Assembly: GCA_015486235.1 (NCBI GenBank)
Contig: WFSD01000025.1
Coordinates: forward strand, 1 to 44,404
DNA length: 44,404 nucleotides
Direction: 5' to 3'
Source of the DNA: Anaerolineae bacterium
Lineage (GTDB): Bacteria; Chloroflexota; Anaerolineae; S016-19
Shown here piece by piece: positions 25,399-34,769 of this stretch. The position numbers and the translations under genes are program-made. The notes under the pieces are model-generated. The model saw nothing but the letters and a program-made list of their open reading frames with translations, did not search any database and was not told the origin of the DNA. Numbering within the stretch: position 1 is the stretch's first letter; each line of letters opens with the position of its first letter.

Positions 25399-26067
25399 AT
25401 GAGCACAAGAACTATACCTGTCGTTGAGAATATTTTAGGCGCTAATGACCGGATAGCCCAGGCCAACCAAGGGATCTTTGATTCCACCAGGACGTTTGCC
25501 GTTAACTTCATGGCATCCCCTGGTGCTGGGAAAACAAGCGTCATCCTGCGCACCGTTCAGGCTTTACAGGGCCGTTACAGAATGGCCGGCGTGGATGGGG
25601 ATGTTGCAACCACCATTGACGCCGACCGGATGGCCTCCAATGGCATCCCCGCGGTGCAAATCAACACTGGCGGAACCTGCCATCTGGATGCTGTAATGCT
25701 ATCTGGGGCCCTCCCGAAACTGAATCTGGATGAAGTTGACCTTCTCATCATCGAGAACGTAGGTAACTTGATCTGTCCTGCCAGTTTCAAGCTTGGGTCT
25801 CATTTAGATGTGCTCATTGCGAGCGTGCCTGAGGGGGACGACAAGCCGTACAAATACCCCAAAATGTACCGCGGCGTGAAAGCTGTCCTCCTGAACAAGA
25901 TCGACCTGCTGCCGTACTTCGATTTCGACATGGATTATTTTCGCAAGGGGGTAGAAGTGCTTAATCCTGGATTGGCATTCTTCCCGGTATCCGCTAAGAC
26001 AGGCAAGGGGTTGGACGATTACATTCGGTGGCTTACAGAGCAGGTGGATTTGTACCTCGCCCTGTAG
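25399..26067 (+). CDS. hypB: Hydrogenase nickel-incorporation GTPase HypB
   Basis: The start is at MSTRTIP behind GAGGAG. P-loop SPGAGKT, then ENVGNLICP and NKIDL motifs. Confidence 0.85.
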   Translation: MSTRTIPVVENILGANDRIAQANQGIFDSTRTFAVNFMASPGAGKTSVILRTVQALQGRYRMAGVDGDVATTIDADRMASNGIPAVQINTGGTCHLDAVMLSGALPKLNLDEVDLLIIENVGNLICPASFKLGSHLDVLIASVPEGDDKPYKYPKMYRGVKAVLLNKIDLLPYFDFDMDYFRKGVEVLNPGLAFFPVSAKTGKGLDDYIRWLTEQVDLYLAL

Positions 26068-26129
26068 GGGCAGGCCTTGTGCCTGCCCGGTCGCGTGCTT
26101 GCCCAGGTCGAGCCAGACGGCTCGACCTG
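26068..26129 (+). terminator. Two consecutive GC-rich stem-loops after hypB (8 bp and 11 bp), no U-tract
   Basis: GGGCAGGC-CTTGT-GCCTGCCC (26068-26088) and CAGGTCGAGCC-AGAC-GGCTCGACCTG (26104-26129), read directly. Confidence 0.4.
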
Positions 26130-26148
26130 CAAACTGACGTGGTGAAAA

Positions 26149-28458
26149 TTGGACAGAGAATTCGTTCGTTACGAACATATCCATATAGACGGCATCGTGC
26201 AAGGGGTCGGGTTCCGGCCGTTTGTCTACAGGCTGGCGAAGCGATATGGCCTGCGAGGCTGGGTCCGCAACAGCAGCCAGGGCGTAGACATCCGCGTTCT
26301 GGGCGATGTCGACTCGCTGGACGGCTTCGCGGCCTCCCTTGGTGTGGAAGCGCCCCCTTTGGCGCGGATAACGAACATCAGTCGAAAAACCCTTTCCTCG
26401 GACGGCCACGACCTTCCGGATGATTTCGTAATCGTCGAAAGCAAGGATGAAAGCGGCTTCACGCTGGTCTCGCCAGATGTAGCCACCTGCAAGGACTGCC
26501 TGCGGGAGCTTTTCGATCCCAGCGACCGACGATACCGGTACCCGTTCATCAACTGCACCAACTGCGGACCACGGTTTAGCATCATCAAGTCGCTTCCCTA
26601 CGATCGTCCAAACACTACCATGGCGATTTTCCCCATGTGCGAGGAGTGCCGGAGCGAGTACGAAGACCCCATGAACCGCCGCTTCCACGCACAGCCAAAT
26701 GCCTGCCCGAAATGTGGTCCAGAGGTGTGGCTGGAGGTGAAGCCGGAATGGCAGTCGGGAGTACCAAAGGCGGCTGTCGATGACATCGCCAGGACAGCGG
26801 CGCTGTTGCGAGAGGGGGCGATCCTGGCAATCAAGGGGCTGGGTGGATTTCACCTTGCCTGCGACGCAACCAACGAGAACGCGGTGCTGAAATTGCGGGA
26901 ACGGAAAATGCGCCCACACAAGCCGCTGGCGATAATGATCCAGGACCTGGACGCGGTTCGGGAATGCTGTGAACTTTCGCCAGAGGAGGAGACTTTGCTT
27001 ACCTCACCTGCGGCGCCGATCTTGCTCCTGACACCAAAGCAGGGGAACAGCATTGCACCGAACGTGGCTCCAGGGCAACGTACAATCGGTGTGATGCTTC
27101 CGTACACGCCGTTACATCACATCCTGCTTCGAGATGCGGACCGTCCCCTGGTGATGACCAGTGGCAACCGGCAGGATGAGCCGATCGCCCGCACCAACGA
27201 GGAAGCGCGTGAAAAGCTCGATTCTATCGTGGACGGTTACCTCTGGCATAACCGTCCCATTCATAACAGGATAGACGATAGTGTGTGGATGCCGAGCAGA
27301 CTTGGGGCTTTCCCCATCCGGCGGTCCCGTGGATACGTGCCGTATCCGATCATGTTGAATTTCGAATCGCCCGTAACGGTGCTGGCGGTTGGGAGCCAGA
27401 TGAAGAACACTTTTTGCCTGCTGGATGGCCGCTACGCTTTCCTGAGCCAGCATATCGGTGAGATGGATTACCTTAGCACGTGGGAGTTCTTCGCGGAAAG
27501 TGCCAGGCGGTTCATGGAGCTTTTCAGACTCCATCCCACGGTGGTGGCCTACGATATGCATCCCGATTTCAGCGAGGCTGCGGAGGCGGCGCTGGCAAAC
27601 CTGCCCGGTATGGGGAGTGCCCACCGCGTGCAGGTACAGCACCATCACGCGCATATCGCATCCTGCCTGGCAGAGAACGGCGTAGCAGGACCGGTGATTG
27701 GGCTCGCGTTCGACGGGACCGGGTATGGCCCCGACGGCACGGTCTGGGGCGGGGAGTTCCTGCTGGCGGATTTGCACAGCTACAAGCGGATTGGACATCT
27801 TTCCACATTTCCGCTTCCCGGTGGCGATCTGGCGATCCGGAATCCGTACCGGATCGCGCTGGTGTTGCTCCAGCAGGCTTTTGGTGAGATGCCGGAAGAT
27901 CTGGGTTTCTGGCAGCGTGTGCCGGAAATAGAACGCAAGCTGATCCTCGCCCAGGTGGAGAGAGGGCTGAATTCGCCAATGACCTCCAGTTGCGGGCGGC
28001 TGTTCGACGCCGTGTCGGCCATGCTAGGTGTGTGCGACCGCACGACCTACGAGGGTCAGGCCGCCATCGAATTGGAGACCCTGGCAGCGCAGGCGGCATG
28101 TGTCTCGCCGTATCCTCTTGCGCCGATGGAGACTGACTCAGAGGTTATGCTGCCAACCGAGGCGATCTTCCGGGCAGCAACGGAGGATTTCATCTCGGGA
28201 ACGTCTGCCACCGTGGTTGCGGCACGTTTCCACCTGACCATGATAGAGCTCTCACTTGCGGCGGTAGAGATGCTGGGACAGGAGTTTGGTGTTCATGAGG
28301 TTGCTCTAAGCGGAGGTTGCTTCCAAAACAGGATCTTTCTGGAAGGACTGGTGGAGGGTCTGCGGCGGCGTGGGTTCGAGGTTTACACGCATCACCTGGT
28401 TCCGCCTGGGGACGGAGGCATTTCGCTGGGGCAGGCAGTAGTAGCCGCTGGAGGGTAG
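26149..28458 (+). CDS. hypF: Carbamoyltransferase HypF
   Basis: Acylphosphatase-like N-terminus (GIVQGVGFRPFVYRLA). Two zinc-finger pairs (CKDC...CTNCGPRFS and CEEC...CPKCGP). YrdC-like and Kae1-like C-terminal domains. The TTG start is uncertain. Confidence 0.9.
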   Translation: MDREFVRYEHIHIDGIVQGVGFRPFVYRLAKRYGLRGWVRNSSQGVDIRVLGDVDSLDGFAASLGVEAPPLARITNISRKTLSSDGHDLPDDFVIVESKDESGFTLVSPDVATCKDCLRELFDPSDRRYRYPFINCTNCGPRFSIIKSLPYDRPNTTMAIFPMCEECRSEYEDPMNRRFHAQPNACPKCGPEVWLEVKPEWQSGVPKAAVDDIARTAALLREGAILAIKGLGGFHLACDATNENAVLKLRERKMRPHKPLAIMIQDLDAVRECCELSPEEETLLTSPAAPILLLTPKQGNSIAPNVAPGQRTIGVMLPYTPLHHILLRDADRPLVMTSGNRQDEPIARTNEEAREKLDSIVDGYLWHNRPIHNRIDDSVWMPSRLGAFPIRRSRGYVPYPIMLNFESPVTVLAVGSQMKNTFCLLDGRYAFLSQHIGEMDYLSTWEFFAESARRFMELFRLHPTVVAYDMHPDFSEAAEAALANLPGMGSAHRVQVQHHHAHIASCLAENGVAGPVIGLAFDGTGYGPDGTVWGGEFLLADLHSYKRIGHLSTFPLPGGDLAIRNPYRIALVLLQQAFGEMPEDLGFWQRVPEIERKLILAQVERGLNSPMTSSCGRLFDAVSAMLGVCDRTTYEGQAAIELETLAAQAACVSPYPLAPMETDSEVMLPTEAIFRAATEDFISGTSATVVAARFHLTMIELSLAAVEMLGQEFGVHEVALSGGCFQNRIFLEGLVEGLRRRGFEVYTHHLVPPGDGGISLGQAVVAAGG

Positions 28459-28579
28459 TCGGTTCCTTGGGGCAAACCTGCATGCCATGCGGTGAAGCAT
28501 TGTTCAGCAAAAGGAGTCATCATATTATTGACAAAGCTTTTTCGATGTTGGTGCCATAACTGGTTACAAGGAGGGTGGT

Positions 28580-28837
28580 ATGTGCCTTGCAGTACCATCA
28601 AAAATTCTAGAAATTCAAGACGATAGGGCAAAAGCCGACTTTGGAGGTGTCCATCGCACCATTAGCCTTCAGTTGATGCCGGATGTCAGAGTAGGAGATT
28701 ACGTGCTGGTCCATACAGGCTTCGCCATTGGTAAAGTAGACCCTGGAGAGGCCAGGTTGACACTTGAGTTGGTTTCCAAAATGGGGGACCTGAGCCCGTC
28801 TCGATTGTTGGAATTGGGGAGGAGGAGCGAAAAGTGA
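28580..28837 (+). CDS. hypC: Hydrogenase assembly chaperone HypC
   Basis: N-terminal MCLAVP signature. 85 aa. Confidence 0.85.
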   Translation: MCLAVPSKILEIQDDRAKADFGGVHRTISLQLMPDVRVGDYVLVHTGFAIGKVDPGEARLTLELVSKMGDLSPSRLLELGRRSEK

Positions 28838-28840
28838 ACT

Positions 28841-29929
28841 ATGCGGTTCGTAGATGAGTTTCGAGACCCTCTTCTGGCGCGCAAACTTCTCGATGAAATT
28901 GCGGAAATGGCTACAAAACCGATGTCTTTCATGGAATTCTGTGGAGGTCACACACACGCCATCATGCAATTTGGCATTCGACAGTTATTGCCGCCTCAAG
29001 TAAAGTTGCTCTCCGGGCCGGGATGCCCGGTCTGTGTGACTTCCCAGGCAGATATCGACCAGGCAATCGCTCTTTCTCGCATCCCCAATGTGATATTGAC
29101 TTCTTTCGGGGACATGATACGCGTTCCTGGGACGACTTACACTTTGCAAGAGGCTTCCGCCAGCGGTTCTGATGTGCGGATTGTGTATTCTCCATTGGAC
29201 GCAGTTCAACTTGCTGTGGAGAATCCGGATAGAGAAGTCATATTTCTTGGCGTGGGATTTGAGACCACTGCTCCCGGAGTGGCCGCTTCAATTCTAGAGG
29301 CAGCGCGGTTGGGCCTCAGGAATTATTCGGTCTTTTCCATGCACAAATACACCCCCCCGGCAATGAAAGGGATCCTCAATGGTGGGGAGGTACGACTCAG
29401 CGGGGTTATAGGCCCAGGTCATGTTGCTACGATCATCGGCTCGGATGCCTGGCGGTTCCTGCCAGAGAGATATAACATGCCAGTTGTGGTATCCGGGTTT
29501 GAGCCGGTGGATATTCTGCTCACAGTGCACGAGTTAGTTAGTCAGGTTGTGGATGGCGTTGCCACGGTGGAAAATGCCTATACCCGCTCAGTGCTCCCGG
29601 AGGGTAACTTAGCCGCGCTAAAGATCATGGACGAGGTCTTTGAGGTGGCCGATGCCGATTGGCGCGGGTTTGGGGTGCTGCCACTCAGTGGGATGGCCAT
29701 CCGTGCTAAGTACGCTCACTATGATGCCAAAGTGCGTTTCTCTATGCCGCAGGTGCCATCCCGAGAGCCACCCGGATGCCGATGTGGTGAAGTGCTGCGG
29801 GGCATTGTCGAACCTCCAGAATGTCCTTTGTTTGCCAAAGCATGCACTCCCGATCACCCCAAAGGACCCTGCATGGTCTCGGATGAAGGCGCTTGTTCCG
29901 CTTATTACCTCTACGGGCGGTCAAGCTGA
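28841..29929 (+). CDS. hypD: Hydrogenase maturation factor HypD
   Basis: MRFVDEFRD, FMEFCGGHTH, GPGCPVCV and GFETT motifs. Confidence 0.9.
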   Translation: MRFVDEFRDPLLARKLLDEIAEMATKPMSFMEFCGGHTHAIMQFGIRQLLPPQVKLLSGPGCPVCVTSQADIDQAIALSRIPNVILTSFGDMIRVPGTTYTLQEASASGSDVRIVYSPLDAVQLAVENPDREVIFLGVGFETTAPGVAASILEAARLGLRNYSVFSMHKYTPPAMKGILNGGEVRLSGVIGPGHVATIIGSDAWRFLPERYNMPVVVSGFEPVDILLTVHELVSQVVDGVATVENAYTRSVLPEGNLAALKIMDEVFEVADADWRGFGVLPLSGMAIRAKYAHYDAKVRFSMPQVPSREPPGCRCGEVLRGIVEPPECPLFAKACTPDHPKGPCMVSDEGACSAYYLYGRSS

Positions 29930-29945
29930 TAATCAGGAGGTGTTG

Positions 29946-30959
29946 ATGTCCAAAGAAGAACGCATTACGATGGCCCACGGCACTGGCGGACGGATGACAC
30001 AACAGATCATAGAGAAGGTTTTTGGTAGGCGATTCAGCAATCCGATTCTGGATCGAATGAACGATGCTGCCCTTCTCTCCGTCGGGAGCGGCAGGCTAGC
30101 GTTTAGCATAGATGGCCATGTGGTGAATCCCCTTTTCTTCCCCGGAGGTGACATAGGGAAAATCGCCATCTACGGCACTGTGAACGACCTGGCGATGATG
30201 GGCGCAAGACCGCTGTGGCTGGTGGTGTCTTTTATCATTGAGGAAGGATTGCCGGTTCACACATTGCATAGGATTGCCGAATCCATGGCAGAAGCTGTTG
30301 AAAAGGCGGGGGTTCAAATGGTCGGTGGCGATACGAAAGTCGTGGAGAAAGGGAAAGGAGATGGCGTCTACGTGTCCGTGGCTGGCGTTGGCATCGTTCC
30401 CGAGGGCAGGAACATCGACGCTGGCAACGCCCGCCCTGGCGATGTGCTGATCCTCAGCGGCCCCATCGGCAACCACGGGATCACGATAATGACCCTGCGA
30501 GAGGGTCTGGAGTTCGACGTGGAAATCGCCAGCGATACTGCCCCTCTAAACGGTATTGTGGAAGATTTGCTAGAGGCTGCGCCTCATGTTCATGTGATGC
30601 GGGATGCCAGTAGAGGCGGACTTGCTACAGTGTTAAACGAGTTAGCTACGGCTTCTGGCATAGGTATTGAGATGGATGAAGATGCTATACCGGTAGAGGA
30701 ACCCGTGGAGCGGGCGTGTGCTTTACTGGGGCTGGATCCCCTCTACGTGGCAAACGAGGGGACATTTGTCGCGATAGTGCCTCCCGAGGAAGGGGATGCG
30801 GCTCTTGAAGCAATGCGGGCGCATCCTGTGGGGCAGAAATCGGTGAAGATAGGCGAGGTGGTGGAGTCGCATCCAGGGCGCGTGGTGCTAAGGACAGCGT
30901 TGGGTGCGCAACGAATTGTTGGACCGCTAAGCGGGGATTTACTCCCTCGGATTTGTTAA
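29946..30959 (+). CDS. hypE: Hydrogenase maturation factor HypE
   Basis: The start is at MSKEERITMAHGTGG behind AGGAGG. AIR-synthase-like fold. C-terminal PRIC. Confidence 0.9.
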   Translation: MSKEERITMAHGTGGRMTQQIIEKVFGRRFSNPILDRMNDAALLSVGSGRLAFSIDGHVVNPLFFPGGDIGKIAIYGTVNDLAMMGARPLWLVVSFIIEEGLPVHTLHRIAESMAEAVEKAGVQMVGGDTKVVEKGKGDGVYVSVAGVGIVPEGRNIDAGNARPGDVLILSGPIGNHGITIMTLREGLEFDVEIASDTAPLNGIVEDLLEAAPHVHVMRDASRGGLATVLNELATASGIGIEMDEDAIPVEEPVERACALLGLDPLYVANEGTFVAIVPPEEGDAALEAMRAHPVGQKSVKIGEVVESHPGRVVLRTALGAQRIVGPLSGDLLPRIC

Positions 30960-31143
30960 CATCTCGAAATTTTGTTTGCCAACGTACTGCGCAAGCCGAG
31001 AGTACTTCCGACAGACTGGCCTGTGCAAAAACAGCCAGCGTTCTTGTGGCAACGTCGGGCTGCCGGAGAGATCGTGTATGGAGCGCAAAATGGTGTCGCG
31101 GGGATCTACTGACAACGTAACGGGCTCGCAAAAGCAACCTCGT

Positions 31144-31572
31144 ATGCTTTCCATTTTGGATAAATCGGAAAGTGCTGTTTACTACGCGACAATATCGGTG
31201 TTGATATTTGCAGCCGGTATTCTGCTGGTATTTGGGTTTTTCCGCTTCATAATCAACATCAATGCTAACATACACGACAACGTGCTCCAGCTGTTGCAAT
31301 GCCTTTTACTGGTCATGATGTTGATGGAAATACTCCATACCGTTGAGATTTCCATCAGCCAGCACAAACTGATAGCCGATCCGTTTTTGGTTGTAGGCAT
31401 CATTGCGGCCATCCGCAGGATGTTGGTAGTAACCGTGAAATTAGAGCAGACAAGTGCGATTAGCTCTCAAAGTAATGATTCCTTTCTCCTGTGGGAGCTA
31501 GGTTTATTGGCGTTAGTCACGCTGGCGCTCTCTATATGTATTTATATCCTGAGAAGCAAAAGGGAGTTCTGA
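31144..31572 (+). CDS. PsiE-like small membrane protein
   Basis: Four hydrophobic segments and the stretch MEILHTV...DPFLVVGIIAAIRRML, which resembles the PsiE family. The start is uncertain (alternatives at 31078 and 31090). Confidence 0.45.
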   Translation: MLSILDKSESAVYYATISVLIFAAGILLVFGFFRFIININANIHDNVLQLLQCLLLVMMLMEILHTVEISISQHKLIADPFLVVGIIAAIRRMLVVTVKLEQTSAISSQSNDSFLLWELGLLALVTLALSICIYILRSKREF

Positions 31573-31808
31573 GGCAAGCCGACATCCCTCAGCCATGTCG
31601 TCCCTGGCGCAGCTGCCGCGCGAGCAGGTGTGGTTACCAATCAAGAACTCATAGGGCAGACGAATGTTGGAACCTGTGACTGGATTGTTCGTACTCCATC
31701 CGGGTCGGGAAGTCGGGATGACTCGCGGACAACACGAAAAGTGTGGGACAGGTATCCCCAATATCTGAGATGGCAATGTCTGCATCGATCGAAGTAAAAC
31801 TCACCCAA

Positions 31809-33740
31809 ATGAAACCTGGACACGGATATGTCGGCAAGATATTGCATGTCGACTTGACCTCCAAAAACCTGTGGACAGAAGAGCCCGGTGAGGAATGGTA
31901 TCGCCTGTACTGGGGTGGCAGTGCATTGGGTGTTTATCATGCTTTGAGATTGATCCCGCCTGGTGCCGATCCTCTTGGTCCGGAGAATGTGCTGATATTT
32001 GCCATCAGCCCACTGACCGGAGTGCCCGTGGCCGGAAACAGCCGACTTACGGTCACGGCCCTCTCTCCCTTGACTGGTGCCATTGGTGATTCCCAGAGCG
32101 GTGGCTTTCTACCCGCGGAGATGAAATTCGCTGGGTTCGATGCCGTGGTGATCCGTGGAAAGGCCTCAAAACCGGTTTACCTGTGGCTCCACGATGGTGA
32201 AGCGGAGCTGCGTCCAGCAGAGCACATCTGGGGAAAAGTCACCGGGGAGACCGAGGACATCCTCCGTCGGGAGTTGGGCGACCCGCAGATCCAGATTGCC
32301 GAAATCGGCCCCGCGGGCGAGAAGATGGTGCGGTTTTCGGCGATCATGCATATGGCCAACCGCGCTAACGGTCGTGCCGGGTTGGGGGCGGTCATGGGGA
32401 GCAAGAACCTGAAAGCGATCGCCGTGCGCGGGCATGGCAAGCCAGCGGTGGCAGATCCGAAGGGAATCAAACGTCTCATAGCCATTACCATGGATCGGAT
32501 AAGGCAATCACGCTGGGCACAATCCCTGAGCGCCTACGGCACCGCCGGAACGCTGAGCTACCAGAACAGCACTGGTGGGCTTCTGACGAACAATTACACC
32601 AGCGGCAAGCGGATGAAGGAGACGATCCTCCAGAGAATGGAGACATGTTTCGCCTGCCCTATCGCCTGCAAACCTGTGGTGAAAGTGGAAAGCGGCCCGT
32701 GGAAAGTAGATCCAAGGTACGGAGGCCCGGAGTACGAAACTCTGGCGGCGTTCGGTTCATACTGCGGCGTCAGCGACTTGGGAGCCATCGCCAAGGCAAA
32801 CGAGCTTTGCTCCAAATATGGGGTAGATACCATCTCCTGCGGCGCTACGGTGGCGTGGGCGATGGAAGCGTATCAGAACGGATTCATTCGGCGCAGGCTT
32901 GAAGACGGCCTAGAACGCCTGCGTCCTCACTTCGGTGACACAGCTTCCATGCTCCGTCTCATGGCCTTGACCCTGACCCGCGAAGGGATAGGCGATCTTC
33001 TGGCAGAGGGGCCTGCGCGTGCAGCCAGGGCCATCGGCCCGGAGGCGGAGGAATTGCTTGCCCAGGTAAAGAGACGGGATGCTCCGGCACACATGCCACA
33101 GATCAAACGATCGCTGGGCGTGATCTACGCTGTCAACGCTTTCGGCGCGGATCACAATCCGTCGGCTCACGATTCATCCCACCGTCCCAGGCTGAAGAAA
33201 GAACGCCCTGAGAGGCTTGCTGAACTTGGGATCACCAGGCCGCAACCCATGAACGTCCTGAATGATGAGAAAATTCGCTTTGCCCTACGGGCTCAATACT
33301 TCTACAGTGCGATGGACATCCTGAACGTCTGCCAGTTCGTCTTTGGTGTCGGGGATCAACCCTTCGGACCGAAAGACCTGGTGGACTTTGCCCGCGCTAC
33401 CACTGGCTGGGATGTGACAACAGACGAGTTGATGAAGCTGGGAGCCCGGCGGATCAGCATGATGCGCATGTTCAATGTTCGACACGGGATTGGTCCGGAA
33501 GAGGATAGACTTTCCCGCCGAATGCTCAGAGCGCTGGTCGGAGGTGCTGCGGATGGGACAAAGCTGGGCGAGGAAGAAATCGCCAACGCGGTGAGACGGT
33601 ACTACGAAATAGCTGGTTGGGACGAATTGGGTGTGCCAAAGCCAGAAACGCTGGATGCACTTGGGCTGGGATGGCTTGAGGAAAGCTCCGCCTTGTTGGC
33701 AGTGATCCCATCGCCAAACAGAAGTTTCATGAACGGTTGA
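31809..33740 (+). CDS. aor: Aldehyde:ferredoxin oxidoreductase family tungstopterin enzyme
   Basis: N-terminal GYVGKILHVDLT, 4Fe-4S ligands CFACPIAC, and EYETLAAFGSYCG. The start is uncertain (ATG at 31770, 31776 or 31809). Confidence 0.85.
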   Translation: MKPGHGYVGKILHVDLTSKNLWTEEPGEEWYRLYWGGSALGVYHALRLIPPGADPLGPENVLIFAISPLTGVPVAGNSRLTVTALSPLTGAIGDSQSGGFLPAEMKFAGFDAVVIRGKASKPVYLWLHDGEAELRPAEHIWGKVTGETEDILRRELGDPQIQIAEIGPAGEKMVRFSAIMHMANRANGRAGLGAVMGSKNLKAIAVRGHGKPAVADPKGIKRLIAITMDRIRQSRWAQSLSAYGTAGTLSYQNSTGGLLTNNYTSGKRMKETILQRMETCFACPIACKPVVKVESGPWKVDPRYGGPEYETLAAFGSYCGVSDLGAIAKANELCSKYGVDTISCGATVAWAMEAYQNGFIRRRLEDGLERLRPHFGDTASMLRLMALTLTREGIGDLLAEGPARAARAIGPEAEELLAQVKRRDAPAHMPQIKRSLGVIYAVNAFGADHNPSAHDSSHRPRLKKERPERLAELGITRPQPMNVLNDEKIRFALRAQYFYSAMDILNVCQFVFGVGDQPFGPKDLVDFARATTGWDVTTDELMKLGARRISMMRMFNVRHGIGPEEDRLSRRMLRALVGGAADGTKLGEEEIANAVRRYYEIAGWDELGVPKPETLDALGLGWLEESSALLAVIPSPNRSFMNG

Positions 33741-34339
33741 AGGTTAGCGCAGATTTCGCTGATTTTTCGGAAGGGTTCGGGAAATGCGAGTAACTCCACA
33801 GCGCGTCGCACTGCTCAAACGGGAAGAAACGCTTGCTCTAGGGGCGCACCGTGCTGCACCCATCGTTGAATCCGAAAAGGGAGTTGTGTTGGCGCTTGCA
33901 AGCGCCGGATGATAAAAACACAAACCCTTGGCGGATGGCTTGGCAGTGCCAGCCTTACCGCCTCGGTTTGGGATGACGATGTAGCGGCGGGAGGCATTGC
34001 TTTTCCAGGAACTCATCTCCAAAATCAGCGAAAAGTCCGGTTAGTGTTCTCAATCTACCAATTTGAAGGCTCCTGTCTACTCGCCTGAACATCAGTTTCA
34101 CTCGGTGACTACCCATATCTCGCTGTTCTACGCCATTCCGGTCCGAGCTTCTACGAAGTGAGGAGTCTTGTCCGCAATCGGCGAATCAACGAGTGGGCGA
34201 GGTTCGTTGATTTACTCACTTGTTGATTCGCTGATTTCGATTTCCCCTCTACAGGAGCTCCCTGGCCCGACCCTGGATGACTGTCCATACTCGAGAAGAT
34301 CATCCTAGCTCTTTGGTTTGAAAAGCCCTGCCCTTGGGG

Positions 34340-34496
34340 GGCTTTCGAAGCAAATCGAGGCCGGGGAACGCCCTTGGGAGCCCTCACAGTCGATACAGGG
34401 CTTGTGCTGTGGCTTGCCAGGGGTTGACGAGAACCTCCCGAAAGGCAGGTTAATTCCTGGGGACCCTACGGGTCCCCAGGAATTACTTCGCTCTCC
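34340..34496 (+). repeat. Structured MITE-like repeat, copy C
   Basis: Nearly identical to copy D. Hairpin TAATTCCTGGGGACCC-TAC-GGGTCCCCAGGAATTA at 34451-34485. Confidence 0.85.
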
Positions 34497-34513
34497 CAGC
34501 CCAAATATGGTAC

Positions 34514-34542
34514 TTGACAATGTCGTATTTTTGATGTATAAT
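34514..34542 (+). promoter_or_regulatory. Consensus sigma70-like promoter following repeat copy C
   Basis: TTGACA-17 nt-TATAAT read directly, about 210 nt upstream of the SDR gene. Confidence 0.65.
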
Positions 34543-34769
34543 GATCGGTGGACAGACCAGCAGATGGTATGTTGTGTATCTCTAATCATTCTGTGGCAGA
34601 GGGCAAGCGGCGTTCTCGTTAGAGCTTATCCTTGCTGGCTTATCGCCTCGAGGATGAGGAACCATTGTTTGCGGATAGCTTCCCTTCACTTAAAGAGTGT
34701 CTGCTGATCAGTAGCAGGAAGTTCACACAAGAACATAAAGATAAGGAGACAAGCACATTGGTCACACAA

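Noticed and set aside
25804-26919. 371-aa ORF on the minus strand
   Set aside because: It lies entirely antisense to the well-supported hypB 3' end and hypF 5' end. It has no recognisable motifs and an Arg/Pro/Gly-rich composition typical of antisense frames in high-GC coding DNA.
27112-28099. Several 75-228-aa ORFs on both strands inside hypF
   Set aside because: They are alternative-frame or antisense ORFs in a ~65% G+C gene. The hypF frame is supported by zinc-finger and acylphosphatase motifs.
33757-34235. Scattered single ATCAGCG / CGCTGAT heptamers near copy C (33757, 34024, 34229), as possible relatives of the phased triplet at 41222-41248
   Set aside because: A 7-mer is expected several times by chance in 44 kb on two strands. 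Only the exactly phased triplet is statistically notable.
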